A stretch of DNA of 32,000 nucleotides. Source: Mycobacterium tuberculosis H37Rv (GTDB lineage: Bacteria; Actinomycetota; Actinomycetes; Mycobacteriales; Mycobacteriaceae). A model generated the notes under the pieces. That model was given only the letters and a program-made list of their open reading frames with translations. It ran no database searches and was not told the DNA's origin. Below, piece after piece: positions 17,681 through 27,142 of this stretch (positions are counted from its first letter, which is position 1; each line of letters opens with the position of its first letter). Both the position numbers and the translations under genes were made by a program. The stretch spans positions 1,740,001 to 1,772,000 of the forward strand of contig NC_000962.3 in the NCBI RefSeq assembly GCF_000195955.2, in the 5' to 3' direction.

Positions 17681-19432
17681 ATGACCGCCCAACACAACAT
17701 CGTGGTTATCGGCGGCGGTGGTGCGGGTCTGCGCGCCGCGATTGCGATAGCCGAAACCAATCCGCACCTGGATGTGGCGATCGTTTCCAAGGTGTACCCG
17801 ATGCGCAGCCACACCGTCTCGGCTGAGGGCGGCGCCGCGGCGGTGACCGGTGACGACGACAGCCTCGATGAACACGCGCACGACACGGTATCCGGTGGCG
17901 ACTGGCTGTGTGACCAAGATGCGGTCGAGGCTTTCGTGGCCGAGGCGCCCAAAGAGTTGGTGCAGCTCGAGCATTGGGGCTGTCCGTGGAGCCGTAAACC
18001 AGACGGGCGCGTTGCCGTTCGCCCGTTCGGCGGGATGAAGAAGCTGCGCACCTGGTTTGCCGCCGACAAGACGGGATTTCACCTCCTGCACACGTTGTTT
18101 CAACGGCTGCTCACCTATTCCGACGTCATGCGCTATGACGAGTGGTTCGCTACGACGCTGCTGGTCGACGACGGCAGGGTATGTGGTCTGGTCGCTATCG
18201 AGTTGGCGACCGGGCGCATCGAGACGATCCTTGCCGACGCGGTGATTCTGTGCACCGGCGGATGCGGGCGGGTATTTCCATTCACCACCAACGCGAACAT
18301 CAAGACCGGCGACGGCATGGCGCTCGCATTCCGCGCGGGCGCGCCCCTAAAAGACATGGAATTCGTCCAATACCACCCCACCGGACTGCCGTTCACCGGG
18401 ATCTTGATCACCGAGGCCGCACGAGCTGAAGGCGGCTGGCTGCTCAACAAAGACGGCTACCGCTACCTCCAGGATTACGACCTCGGCAAGCCCACGCCCG
18501 AGCCCAGGCTGCGCAGTATGGAGCTCGGGCCCAGGGACCGACTGTCGCAGGCCTTCGTACACGAGCACAACAAAGGAAGGACGGTCGACACCCCGTACGG
18601 CCCCGTCGTCTATCTAGACCTGCGGCACCTGGGGGCGGACCTGATCGATGCAAAGTTGCCGTTCGTACGTGAGCTGTGCCGCGACTACCAGCACATCGAC
18701 CCCGTGGTCGAATTGGTCCCGGTACGACCGGTAGTGCACTACATGATGGGTGGCGTTCACACCGATATCAACGGCGCCACAACGCTTCCCGGGCTATATG
18801 CCGCAGGTGAAACAGCCTGCGTGAGCATTAATGGCGCCAACCGCCTGGGGTCGAACTCGCTGCCCGAGCTGCTGGTGTTCGGGGCTCGAGCGGGCCGTGC
18901 CGCCGCGGATTACGCAGCGCGCCACCAAAAGTCGGACCGTGGCCCGTCGTCGGCAGTGCGGGCTCAGGCCCGCACCGAGGCTCTACGGCTAGAGCGTGAG
19001 CTCAGCCGCCATGGCCAGGGAGGCGAACGAATCGCGGATATTCGGGCGGACATGCAGGCCACCTTGGAAAGCGCCGCGGGTATTTATCGTGACGGACCCA
19101 CCCTCACCAAAGCGGTCGAGGAGATTCGGGTGCTGCAGGAACGATTCGCCACGGCGGGCATCGACGATCACAGCCGCACATTCAACACCGAGCTGACTGC
19201 GCTGCTCGAGTTGTCGGGGATGCTCGACGTTGCACTGGCGATCGTCGAATCGGGTTTGCGCCGAGAAGAATCCCGTGGCGCACACCAGCGAACCGACTTT
19301 CCGAACCGGGACGACGAGCATTTCTTGGCGCACACCTTGGTTCATAGAGAAAGCGACGGAACGCTGCGGGTCGGCTACCTTCCGGTCACTATCACTCGCT
19401 GGCCACCGGGCGAACGCGTGTATGGGAGGTAA
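17681..19432 (+). CDS. frdA: Fumarate reductase flavoprotein subunit
   Basis: 583 aa with the FAD fold [13 protein letters not shown], the covalent-FAD histidine context [11 protein letters not shown], and the active-site region HYMMGGV / RLGSNSL. Confidence 0.96.
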
Positions 19433-19434
19433 GG

Positions 19435-20178
19435 ATGATGGATCGAATTGTCATGGAGGTCTCCCGGTATCGGCCCGAGATCGAATCGGCCCCGACATTT
19501 CAGGCCTACGAGGTTCCCCTCACCCGCGAATGGGCGGTGTTGGACGGCCTGACCTACATCAAGGATCACCTCGACGGAACACTCTCCTTCCGCTGGTCGT
19601 GCCGGATGGGTATCTGCGGCAGTAGTGGTATGACGATCAACGGCGACCCAAAGCTGGCGTGCGCGACATTCCTTGCCGATTACCTACCCGGGCCGGTGCG
19701 GGTGGAGCCGATGCGAAACTTCCCGGTGATCCGCGATCTCGTTGTCGACATCAGTGACTTCATGGCCAAGCTGCCCAGTGTGAAGCCGTGGCTCGTCCGG
19801 CATGATGAACCGCCCGTCGAAGACGGCGAATACCGGCAGACCCCGGCCGAACTCGATGCATTCAAGCAGTTCAGCATGTGTATCAACTGCATGTTGTGCT
19901 ACTCGGCGTGCCCGGTGTACGCGCTGGACCCCGACTTCCTCGGTCCGGCGGCGATCGCGCTGGGGCAGCGGTACAACCTGGACTCGCGCGACCAAGGTGC
20001 GGCGGATCGCAGGGATGTCCTGGCCGCGGCCGACGGCGCTTGGGCGTGCACCCTGGTGGGCGAATGTTCGACGGCTTGTCCGAAAGGCGTCGATCCTGCC
20101 GGCGCGATCCAGCGCTACAAGCTGACCGCGGCCACGCACGCGCTGAAGAAGTTGCTGTTCCCTTGGGGGGGCGGATGA
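19435..20178 (+). CDS. frdB: Fumarate reductase iron-sulfur subunit
   Basis: 247 aa with the 2Fe-2S region [34 protein letters not shown] (4Fe-4S) and [12 protein letters not shown] (3Fe-4S). It starts 2 nt after the frdA stop. Confidence 0.95.
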
Positions 20179-20555
20179 GCGCCTATCGCCAGCCGGTCGA
20201 AAGATACTGGTGGGCGAGGCGGCGTTCTTACCTGCGATTCATGCTTCGCGAAATCAGTTGCATCTTCGTGGCCTGGTTTGTTCTCTATCTGATGCTGGTA
20301 TTGCGCGCCGTTGGCGCGGGCGGGAATTCCTACCAGCGGTTTTTGGACTTCAGCGCCAATCCGGTTGTCGTAGTGCTGAACGTCGTCGCGTTGAGTTTCC
20401 TGCTGCTGCATGCTGTTACCTGGTTCGGATCGGCACCGCGCGCGATGGTGATTCAGGTTCGCGGCCGCCGGGTACCCGCTCGCGCGGTCCTTGCTGGGCA
20501 CTACGCGGCATGGCTGGTGGTTTCGGTGATCGTTGCCTGGATGGTGCTGTCATGA
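20175..20555 (+). CDS. frdC: Fumarate reductase membrane anchor subunit C
   Basis: 126 aa with three hydrophobic helices. The ATG overlaps the frdB stop (ATGA at 20175-20178). The longer ORF from 19878 is out-of-frame overlap with frdB. Confidence 0.88.
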
Positions 20556-20929
20556 CTCCCTCGACATCGGATGCCAGGTCGCGCCGACGCTCGGCGGAGC
20601 CCTTCCTGTGGCTGCTGTTCAGCGCCGGGGGCATGGTCACCGCCCTGGTTGCGCCCGTCCTGCTGTTGCTGTTCGGACTCGCGTTTCCGCTCGGGTGGCT
20701 CGACGCGCCCGACCACGGGCACCTACTGGCGATGGTGCGCAACCCGATCACCAAGCTTGTTGTGCTGGTCCTGGTGGTACTGGCCCTGTTCCATGCGGCG
20801 CACCGGTTCCGGTTCGTGCTCGACCATGGGCTGCAACTGGGCCGGTTCGACCGAGTGATCGCCCTGTGGTGTTACGGCATGGCCGTGTTGGGCTCGGCGA
20901 CGGCGGGTTGGATGTTGCTCACTATGTAA
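20552..20929 (+). CDS. frdD: Fumarate reductase membrane anchor subunit D
   Basis: 125 aa with three hydrophobic helices. The ATG overlaps the frdC stop (ATGA at 20552-20555). Confidence 0.88.
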   Translation: MTPSTSDARSRRRSAEPFLWLLFSAGGMVTALVAPVLLLLFGLAFPLGWLDAPDHGHLLAMVRNPITKLVVLVLVVLALFHAAHRFRFVLDHGLQLGRFDRVIALWCYGMAVLGSATAGWMLLTM

Positions 20930-20961
20930 AGTCGCTGGCCGGGCGCTTTGGCCGCCGGCAC

Positions 20962-20993
20962 GGTACGGTACGGACCTGTACCACCACAACGGT
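20962..20993. repeat. Left arm of an imperfect inverted repeat bracketing Rv1556
   Basis: gtacggtacgg-acctgtac-caccacaacggt. The exact blocks of 11 and 12 nt reappear as a reverse complement at 21629-21658. This arm ends 3 nt before the Rv1556 ATG. Confidence 0.7.
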
Positions 20994-20996
20994 TCT

Positions 20997-21605
20997 ATGG
21001 TAGGCGCTGTGACCCAGATAGCGGATCGGCCTACAGACCCCTCGCCCTGGTCGCCGCGAGAGACCGAGTTACTGGCGGTGACACTACGGCTGCTGCAGGA
21101 GCACGGTTATGACCGGCTAACAGTGGATGCCGTTGCGGCGAGCGCCCGCGCCAGCAAGGCAACGGTCTACCGGCGCTGGCCGTCGAAAGCCGAATTGGTG
21201 CTGGCCGCGTTCATCGAGGGCATCCGCCAGGTCGCGGTCCCGCCCAATACCGGCAACCTGCGCGACGACTTGCTGCGACTGGGGGAGCTGATCTGTCGGG
21301 AGGTGGGCCAACACGCCAGCACCATCCGCGCGGTGCTCGTCGAAGTGTCGCGCAATCCTGCCCTCAACGACGTTTTGCAGCATCAGTTCGTCGACCACCG
21401 TAAGGCCCTGATCCAGTACATCTTGCAGCAGGCCGTCGACCGCGGTGAGATCTCCAGCGCGGCCATCAGCGATGAACTCTGGGACCTGCTACCCGGCTAC
21501 CTCATCTTCCGGTCCATCATCCCCAACCGGCCGCCCACCCAGGACACGGTGCAAGCCCTCGTCGACGACGTGATACTCCCCAGCCTCACCCGATCCACCG
21601 GTTGA
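20997..21605 (+). CDS. TetR-family transcriptional regulator (Rv1556)
   Basis: 202 aa with an N-terminal TetR HTH (LTVDAVAASARASKATVYRRWPSKAELV) and a helical ligand-binding C-domain. Confidence 0.9.
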   Translation: MVGAVTQIADRPTDPSPWSPRETELLAVTLRLLQEHGYDRLTVDAVAASARASKATVYRRWPSKAELVLAAFIEGIRQVAVPPNTGNLRDDLLRLGELICREVGQHASTIRAVLVEVSRNPALNDVLQHQFVDHRKALIQYILQQAVDRGEISSAAISDELWDLLPGYLIFRSIIPNRPPTQDTVQALVDDVILPSLTRSTG

Positions 21606-21628
21606 GTCAGCGGTGCGAATGGCTGGGC

Positions 21629-21659
21629 ACCGTTGTGGTGTCCGGTCCCGTACCGTACT
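21629..21659. repeat. Right arm of the inverted repeat bracketing Rv1556
   Basis: accgttgtggtg-tccggtc-ccgtaccgtac. This is the reverse complement of the left arm, with a divergent 7-8 nt centre. It starts 23 nt after the Rv1556 stop. Confidence 0.7.
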
Positions 21660-21743
21660 GTTGAATCCGCGGATCCCCGCCTGAGGTACGGGGCGTGGTC
21701 GCGCCCCGGGCAATAGCGTCGCCGGTTATCGAAAGGCTAACGG

Positions 21744-22937
21744 GTGCAGGGGATTTCAGTGACTGGCCTGGTCAAACGCGGCTGGATGGTGAGATCCGTC
21801 TTTGACACGATCGACGGTATCGACCAACTCGGCGAGCAGCTGGCCAGCGTGACCGTAACCTTGGACAAGTTGGCTGCGATCCAGCCTCAATTGGTGGCGC
21901 TGCTACCAGACGAGATCGCCAGCCAGCAGATCAATCGGGAACTGGCGCTGGCTAACTACGCCACCATGTCCGGGATCTATGCCCAGACGGCGGCCTTGAT
22001 CGAAAACGCTGCCGCCATGGGACAAGCCTTTGACGCCGCCAAGAACGACGACTCCTTCTATCTGCCGCCGGAGGCTTTTGACAACCCAGATTTCCAGCGC
22101 GGCCTGAAATTGTTCCTGTCGGCAGACGGTAAGGCGGCTCGGATGATCATCTCCCATGAAGGCGATCCCGCCACCCCCGAAGGCATTTCGCATATCGACG
22201 CGATCAAGCAGGCGGCCCACGAGGCCGTGAAGGGCACTCCCATGGCGGGTGCTGGGATCTATCTGGCCGGCACGGCCGCCACCTTCAAGGACATTCAAGA
22301 CGGCGCCACCTACGACCTCCTGATCGCCGGAATAGCCGCGCTGAGCTTGATTTTGCTCATCATGATGATCATTACCCGAAGCCTGGTTGCGGCGCTGGTG
22401 ATCGTGGGCACGGTGGCGCTGTCGTTGGGCGCTTCTTTTGGCCTGTCCGTGCTGGTGTGGCAGCATCTTCTCGGTATCCAGTTGTACTGGATCGTGCTCG
22501 CGCTGGCCGTCATCCTGCTCCTGGCCGTGGGATCGGACTATAACTTGCTGCTGATTTCCCGATTCAAGGAGGAGATCGGTGCAGGTTTGAACACCGGCAT
22601 CATCCGTGCGATGGCCGGCACCGGCGGGGTGGTGACCGCTGCCGGCCTGGTGTTCGCCGCCACTATGTCTTCGTTCGTGTTCAGTGATTTGCGGGTCCTC
22701 GGTCAGATCGGGACCACCATTGGTCTTGGGCTGCTGTTCGACACGCTGGTGGTGCGCGCGTTCATGACCCCGTCCATCGCGGTGCTGCTCGGGCGCTGGT
22801 TCTGGTGGCCGCAACGAGTGCGCCCGCGCCCTGCCAGCAGGATGCTTCGGCCGTACGGCCCGCGGCCCGTGGTTCGTGAATTGCTGCTGCGCGAGGGCAA
22901 CGATGACCCGAGAACTCAGGTGGCTACCCACCGTTAA
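21744..22937 (+). CDS. mmpL6: Truncated MmpL6 (C-terminal half of an RND/MmpL transporter; TbD1-deletion remnant)
   Basis: Only 397 aa, whereas MmpL proteins are roughly 950 aa. It begins inside the periplasmic domain and then has one six-helix bundle ([22 protein letters not shown]...). An in-frame TAA sits at 21738-21740, just upstream of GTG 21744. There is no mmpS partner gene. Confidence 0.85.
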   Translation: MQGISVTGLVKRGWMVRSVFDTIDGIDQLGEQLASVTVTLDKLAAIQPQLVALLPDEIASQQINRELALANYATMSGIYAQTAALIENAAAMGQAFDAAKNDDSFYLPPEAFDNPDFQRGLKLFLSADGKAARMIISHEGDPATPEGISHIDAIKQAAHEAVKGTPMAGAGIYLAGTAATFKDIQDGATYDLLIAGIAALSLILLIMMIITRSLVAALVIVGTVALSLGASFGLSVLVWQHLLGIQLYWIVLALAVILLLAVGSDYNLLLISRFKEEIGAGLNTGIIRAMAGTGGVVTAAGLVFAATMSSFVFSDLRVLGQIGTTIGLGLLFDTLVVRAFMTPSIAVLLGRWFWWPQRVRPRPASRMLRPYGPRPVVRELLLREGNDDPRTQVATHR

Positions 22938-22946
22938 GGTGGTGGG

Positions 22947-23393
22947 ATGCCGCTTTCAGGGGAATATGCGCCGAGCCCGCTCGACTGGTCGCGCGAGCAA
23001 GCCGACACGTATATGAAGTCCGGCGGAACCGAGGGCACACAGCTGCAGGGAAAGCCGGTCATCCTGCTCACCACCGTCGGGGCGAAGACCGGCAAACTCC
23101 GTAAGACCCCGCTGATGCGCGTCGAGCACGACGGCCAGTACGCGATCGTCGCCTCGCTGGGTGGGGCGCCGAAAAATCCGGTCTGGTACCACAACGTCGT
23201 GAAGAACCCACGGGTCGAGCTGCAGGACGGCACCGTGACCGGCGACTACGACGCCCGCGAGGTGTTCGGTGACGAGAAGGCCATCTGGTGGCAGCGCGCC
23301 GTGGCGGTCTGGCCGGACTATGCCAGCTACCAGACCAAGACGGACCGCCAGATTCCGGTGTTCGTGCTGACCCCGGTGCGCGCGGGCGGCTAG
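22947..23393 (+). CDS. Ddn-like deazaflavin (F420)-dependent nitroreductase / FDOR-A family protein (Rv1558)
   Basis: 148 aa. [49 protein letters not shown] is the characteristic split-barrel Ddn-family core. Confidence 0.85.
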
Positions 23394-23427
23394 CCATTGG
23401 GATAGGGCGGCGTGGCACCATTGACCG

Positions 23428-24717
23428 GTGTCCGCCGAACTGAGCCAGAGCCCGAGCAGCTCGCCGCTGTTTTCACTATCTGGGGCAGACATCGACCGTG
23501 CCGCCAAGCGGATCGCACCGGTAGTCACGCCCACCCCGTTGCAACCTAGCGATCGGTTGTCGGCGATCACTGGCGCCACGGTCTACCTCAAGCGCGAAGA
23601 CTTGCAGACGGTGCGCTCTTATAAGCTACGCGGAGCGTACAACCTGTTGGTGCAGTTGTCCGATGAGGAACTGGCCGCGGGCGTGGTGTGTTCTTCTGCG
23701 GGCAACCACGCGCAGGGCTTCGCGTATGCGTGTCGCTGTCTGGGTGTGCACGGCCGGGTCTACGTACCTGCCAAAACCCCCAAGCAGAAGCGTGACCGGA
23801 TCCGCTACCACGGCGGGGAGTTCATCGACCTGATCGTGGGTGGGTCGACCTATGATCTGGCTGCGGCGGCGGCCCTTGAGGACGTGGAACGCACCGGGGC
23901 CACGCTGGTACCGCCGTTTGACGACCTGCGCACCATCGCCGGCCAGGGCACGATAGCCGTCGAAGTGCTTGGCCAGCTCGAGGACGAGCCGGACCTGGTG
24001 GTGGTCCCGGTGGGTGGCGGCGGCTGCATCGCGGGGATCACCACCTACCTGGCCGAGCGGACGACCAACACCGCGGTGCTGGGCGTCGAGCCGGCTGGTG
24101 CGGCCGCCATGATGGCCGCGCTCGCGGCGGGCGAGCCGGTGACGCTGGACCATGTCGACCAGTTCGTCGACGGCGCCGCGGTGAACCGGGCGGGCACGCT
24201 GACCTATGCCGCGCTAGCCGCCGCCGGCGACATGGTTTCGCTCACCACCGTCGACGAGGGTGCGGTGTGCACGGCGATGCTCGATCTGTATCAGAACGAG
24301 GGCATCATCGCCGAACCGGCCGGTGCCCTGTCGGTCGCCGGTCTGTTGGAAGCCGACATCGAGCCCGGGTCCACCGTGGTGTGCCTGATTTCGGGCGGCA
24401 ACAACGACGTGTCCCGTTACGGGGAGGTGTTGGAGCGCTCGCTGGTCCACCTGGGCCTCAAGCACTATTTCCTGGTCGACTTCCCGCAGGAGCCCGGTGC
24501 GCTGCGCCGGTTTCTCGACGACGTGCTCGGACCCAACGACGACATCACCTTGTTCGAGTACGTCAAGCGCAACAACCGGGAGACCGGTGAGGCGCTGGTG
24601 GGTATCGAGCTGGGATCGGCCGCGGATCTAGACGGTCTGCTGGCCCGGATGCGGGCGACCGACATTCACGTCGAGGCGTTGGAACCGGGGTCGCCGGCTT
24701 ACCGCTATCTGCTGTAG
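23428..24717 (+). CDS. ilvA: Threonine dehydratase (biosynthetic; single ACT-like regulatory domain)
   Basis: 429 aa with the PLP-lysine motif [13 protein letters not shown], the glycine loop [10 protein letters not shown], and a C-terminal regulatory domain. GTG start at 23428. Confidence 0.93.
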   Translation: MSAELSQSPSSSPLFSLSGADIDRAAKRIAPVVTPTPLQPSDRLSAITGATVYLKREDLQTVRSYKLRGAYNLLVQLSDEELAAGVVCSSAGNHAQGFAYACRCLGVHGRVYVPAKTPKQKRDRIRYHGGEFIDLIVGGSTYDLAAAAALEDVERTGATLVPPFDDLRTIAGQGTIAVEVLGQLEDEPDLVVVPVGGGGCIAGITTYLAERTTNTAVLGVEPAGAAAMMAALAAGEPVTLDHVDQFVDGAAVNRAGTLTYAALAAAGDMVSLTTVDEGAVCTAMLDLYQNEGIIAEPAGALSVAGLLEADIEPGSTVVCLISGGNNDVSRYGEVLERSLVHLGLKHYFLVDFPQEPGALRRFLDDVLGPNDDITLFEYVKRNNRETGEALVGIELGSAADLDGLLARMRATDIHVEALEPGSPAYRYLL

Positions 24718-24751
24718 CGAGGCGTCGGCGCGACCGTGCCGACAAACCTCG
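24718..24751 (+). terminator. Two-tier hairpin immediately after the ilvA stop (CGAGG-c-GTCGGC-loop8-GCCGAC-aaa-CCTCG)
   Basis: 11 complementary base pairs read from the sequence. There is no clean U-tract, which is common for mycobacterial terminators. Confidence 0.45.
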
Positions 24752-24754
24752 CAT

Positions 24755-24973
24755 GTGTATCGTTGGTGTATGTCGCGCACCAACATCGACATCGATGACG
24801 AACTTGCCGCCGAGGTCATGCGCAGGTTCGGTCTGACCACCAAGAGGGCGGCGGTCGACCTTGCCCTACGACGGTTGGTCGGGTCGCCGTTGAGCCGTGA
24901 GTTTCTGCTCGGGCTGGAAGGCGTCGGCTGGGAAGGCGACCTGGATGACTTGCGAAGCGATCGCCCAGACTGA
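24755..24973 (+). CDS. vapB11: VapB antitoxin (type II TA)
   Basis: Small ORF 5 nt upstream of a PIN toxin gene. [32 protein letters not shown] is typical of the VapB DNA-binding N-terminus. The maximal ORF starts at GTG 24755 (72 aa). ATG 24770 (67 aa) is my preferred real start (see findings). Confidence 0.85.
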
Positions 24974-24978
24974 TCTCG

Positions 24979-25383
24979 ATGATCCTCATCGACACATCGG
25001 CCTGGGTGGAGTACTTCCGTGCCACCGGATCAATCGCCGCTGTCGAAGTACGCCGGCTGCTGTCCGAAGAAGCAGCGCGAATCGCTATGTGTGAGCCCAT
25101 TGCGATGGAAATCTTGAGTGGCGCGCTCGACGACAACACCCACACGACGCTAGAGCGGCTCGTGAATGGCTTGCCGTCGTTGAACGTTGATGACGCGATT
25201 GACTTTCGTGCTGCCGCGGGTATCTATCGCGCCGCCCGGCGCGCCGGCGAAACGGTTCGAAGCATCAACGACTGCCTCATAGCGGCGCTCGCGATCCGCC
25301 ACGGTGCGCGTATCGTCCACCGTGACGCCGACTTTGATGTGATTGCCCGGATTACCAACCTGCAGGCCGCATCGTTTCGGTGA
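24979..25383 (+). CDS. vapC11: VapC PIN-domain ribonuclease toxin
   Basis: 134 aa with PIN acidic residues in MILIDTSAW (Asp5), CEPIAMEIL, INDCLIAA and HRDADFD. Confidence 0.9.
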   Translation: MILIDTSAWVEYFRATGSIAAVEVRRLLSEEAARIAMCEPIAMEILSGALDDNTHTTLERLVNGLPSLNVDDAIDFRAAAGIYRAARRAGETVRSINDCLIAALAIRHGARIVHRDADFDVIARITNLQAASFR

Positions 25384-25399
25384 GCATGCCGCCCCAGCA

Positions 25400-27142
25400 T
25401 CAGGCCGGCTCCGCAGCCCGCAGTATCGCAAGCGAATACGCTGCTAGCTCGGTGGAATTATCGCCGATAATCGGCGACTCCCAGGCCAGCACCAGCTCAC
25501 CGCTGACCGGCACGCAGGTTGGCTCGGCACCAAGGTTGCAGGCGATCATCAGCTGGCCGCGGCGCATCACAACCCAGCGTTGCTGCTCGTCGTAGTCGAC
25601 CATAAGGTGGTCCAGCCAGGGGTCCGCAAGGTCGGCCTCGTTGTGCCGCAAAGCGATCAGATCGCGATAAAACCGGTGCAACCTGGCGTGTTCGCCGGAG
25701 CCGGCTTCGGCCCAGTTCAGCTTGCAGCGCTGGAATGTCTGCGGGTCCTGCGGGTCCGGAATGTCGTCCGCGGCCCAGCCATGTTCGGCGAACTCCTCCT
25801 TGCGTCCTGCCACGGTGCTATGGGCCAGTTCCGGTTCGGGATGTGAGCAAAAGAACTGAAACGGGCTGGAGGCCCCCCACTCTTCGCCCATGAAAAGCAT
25901 TGCGGTATAGGGAGATCCAAGGGTCAACGCCGCCTTGATCGCGAGCTGGCCACCGGTCAGGTATTGCGATGGGCGGTCGCCGAGAGCGCGGTTGCCGACT
26001 TGGTCGTGGGTGCAGGTGTAGGCGAGCAGCCTGGTGGCCGGGATCGCAGAAGTGTCCAATGCACGCCCGTGCCGACGACGCCGGAACGACGAATACGTGC
26101 CGGCGTGGAAGTAGCCGTTGCGCAGCGTGTACGCGAGAGTGGCCAGCGAGCCGAAATCCGCATAGTAGCCTTGCCGCTCACCGGATACCGCGGTATGGAT
26201 GGCGTGATGGATGTCGTCATTCCATTGGGCGGTGATCCCGTAGCCGCCATGGCTGGGCCGGGTGATCAGCCGCGGGTCGTTTCGGTCGGTTTCGGCGATC
26301 AGCGACAACGGACGGCCCAACTGGCCTGACAGCCAGCGGGTCGCGTTGGCAAGCTCCTCGAGGACATGCACGGCGGTGGTGTCCACCAGTGCATGCACGG
26401 CGTCCAACCGCAAGCCGTCGGCGTGGAAGTCGCGCATCCATCGCAGCGCGCAGTCGATGATATAGTGGCGAACCTCGTCGGAGTCGGCGCCGGCGATATT
26501 GATGCCGTCCCCCCACGGGTTGCTGGCCGACGACAGGTACGGGCCGAATCGCGGCAGGTAGTTGCCCGATGGGCCGAGATGGTTGAACACCGCGTCGATC
26601 AACACGCCCAAACGACGGGCATGGCATGCGTCGATGAACCGGACCAGACCGTCGGGGCCGCCGTAGGGTTCGTGCACGCTGTACCACAGCACACCGTCAT
26701 ATCCCCAACCGCGGGTTCCGGCAAAGGAATTGACCGGCATCAGCTCGACGAAGTCGATTCCGAGATCGACCAGGTAATCCAGCTTTTCGATGGCGGCGTC
26801 GAACGTGCCAGCCGTGGTGAACGTGCCGATGTGCAACTCGTAGATCACCGCGCCCTCGACCGACCGCCCCGGCCAGCCAGTGTCGGTCCGGGCAGCACCA
26901 AACTGGCCGGGCGGCTCCCACCGCTGGGAGCGTGCGTGCACCCCGTCGGGTTGGCGGGCCGATCGCGGGTCGGGTAGCACGGTGGGGTCGTCGTCGAGTA
27001 GGTATCCGTAGCGGGCGTCCGCCGGCGCCGCCACCGTCGTGTGCCACCAGCCGTCGGCTGAGCGGGTCATCGCATGTACCGCACCGTTCACGTCGAGCCG
27101 GACCAGCGCGGGTTTGGGTGCCCATACTCGGAATTCAGGCAT
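25400..27142 (-). CDS. treZ: Maltooligosyltrehalose trehalohydrolase (GH13)
   Basis: 580 aa from ATG 27142 (MPEFRVWAPKP...). GH13 regions DAVFNHLGP, GLRLDAVHAL, IAETD and YTCTHDQVGN. The start overlaps the treY stop by 8 bp. Confidence 0.93.
   Translation of the reverse strand: MPEFRVWAPKPALVRLDVNGAVHAMTRSADGWWHTTVAAPADARYGYLLDDDPTVLPDPRSARQPDGVHARSQRWEPPGQFGAARTDTGWPGRSVEGAVIYELHIGTFTTAGTFDAAIEKLDYLVDLGIDFVELMPVNSFAGTRGWGYDGVLWYSVHEPYGGPDGLVRFIDACHARRLGVLIDAVFNHLGPSGNYLPRFGPYLSSASNPWGDGINIAGADSDEVRHYIIDCALRWMRDFHADGLRLDAVHALVDTTAVHVLEELANATRWLSGQLGRPLSLIAETDRNDPRLITRPSHGGYGITAQWNDDIHHAIHTAVSGERQGYYADFGSLATLAYTLRNGYFHAGTYSSFRRRRHGRALDTSAIPATRLLAYTCTHDQVGNRALGDRPSQYLTGGQLAIKAALTLGSPYTAMLFMGEEWGASSPFQFFCSHPEPELAHSTVAGRKEEFAEHGWAADDIPDPQDPQTFQRCKLNWAEAGSGEHARLHRFYRDLIALRHNEADLADPWLDHLMVDYDEQQRWVVMRRGQLMIACNLGAEPTCVPVSGELVLAWESPIIGDNSTELAAYSLAILRAAEPA

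Noticed and set aside
20930-20996. Terminator after frdD or an independent promoter for Rv1556
   Set aside because: Only 4-5 bp stems are present, and there is no TANNNT at a suitable distance from ATG 20997. Rv1556 may simply be read through from frdD. What stands out in the interval is the inverted-repeat arm reported separately.
13905-23579. Other long antisense ORFs: 13905..14741(-), 16075..17046(-), 15921..16805(+, an out-of-frame sense ORF within plsB1), 17408..18103(-), 21903..22931(-), 22956..23579(-)
   Set aside because: Each overlaps a gene with clear family signatures. None has an SD or motif, and their composition is Arg/Gly/Pro/His-rich as expected for off-frame GC-rich sequence.
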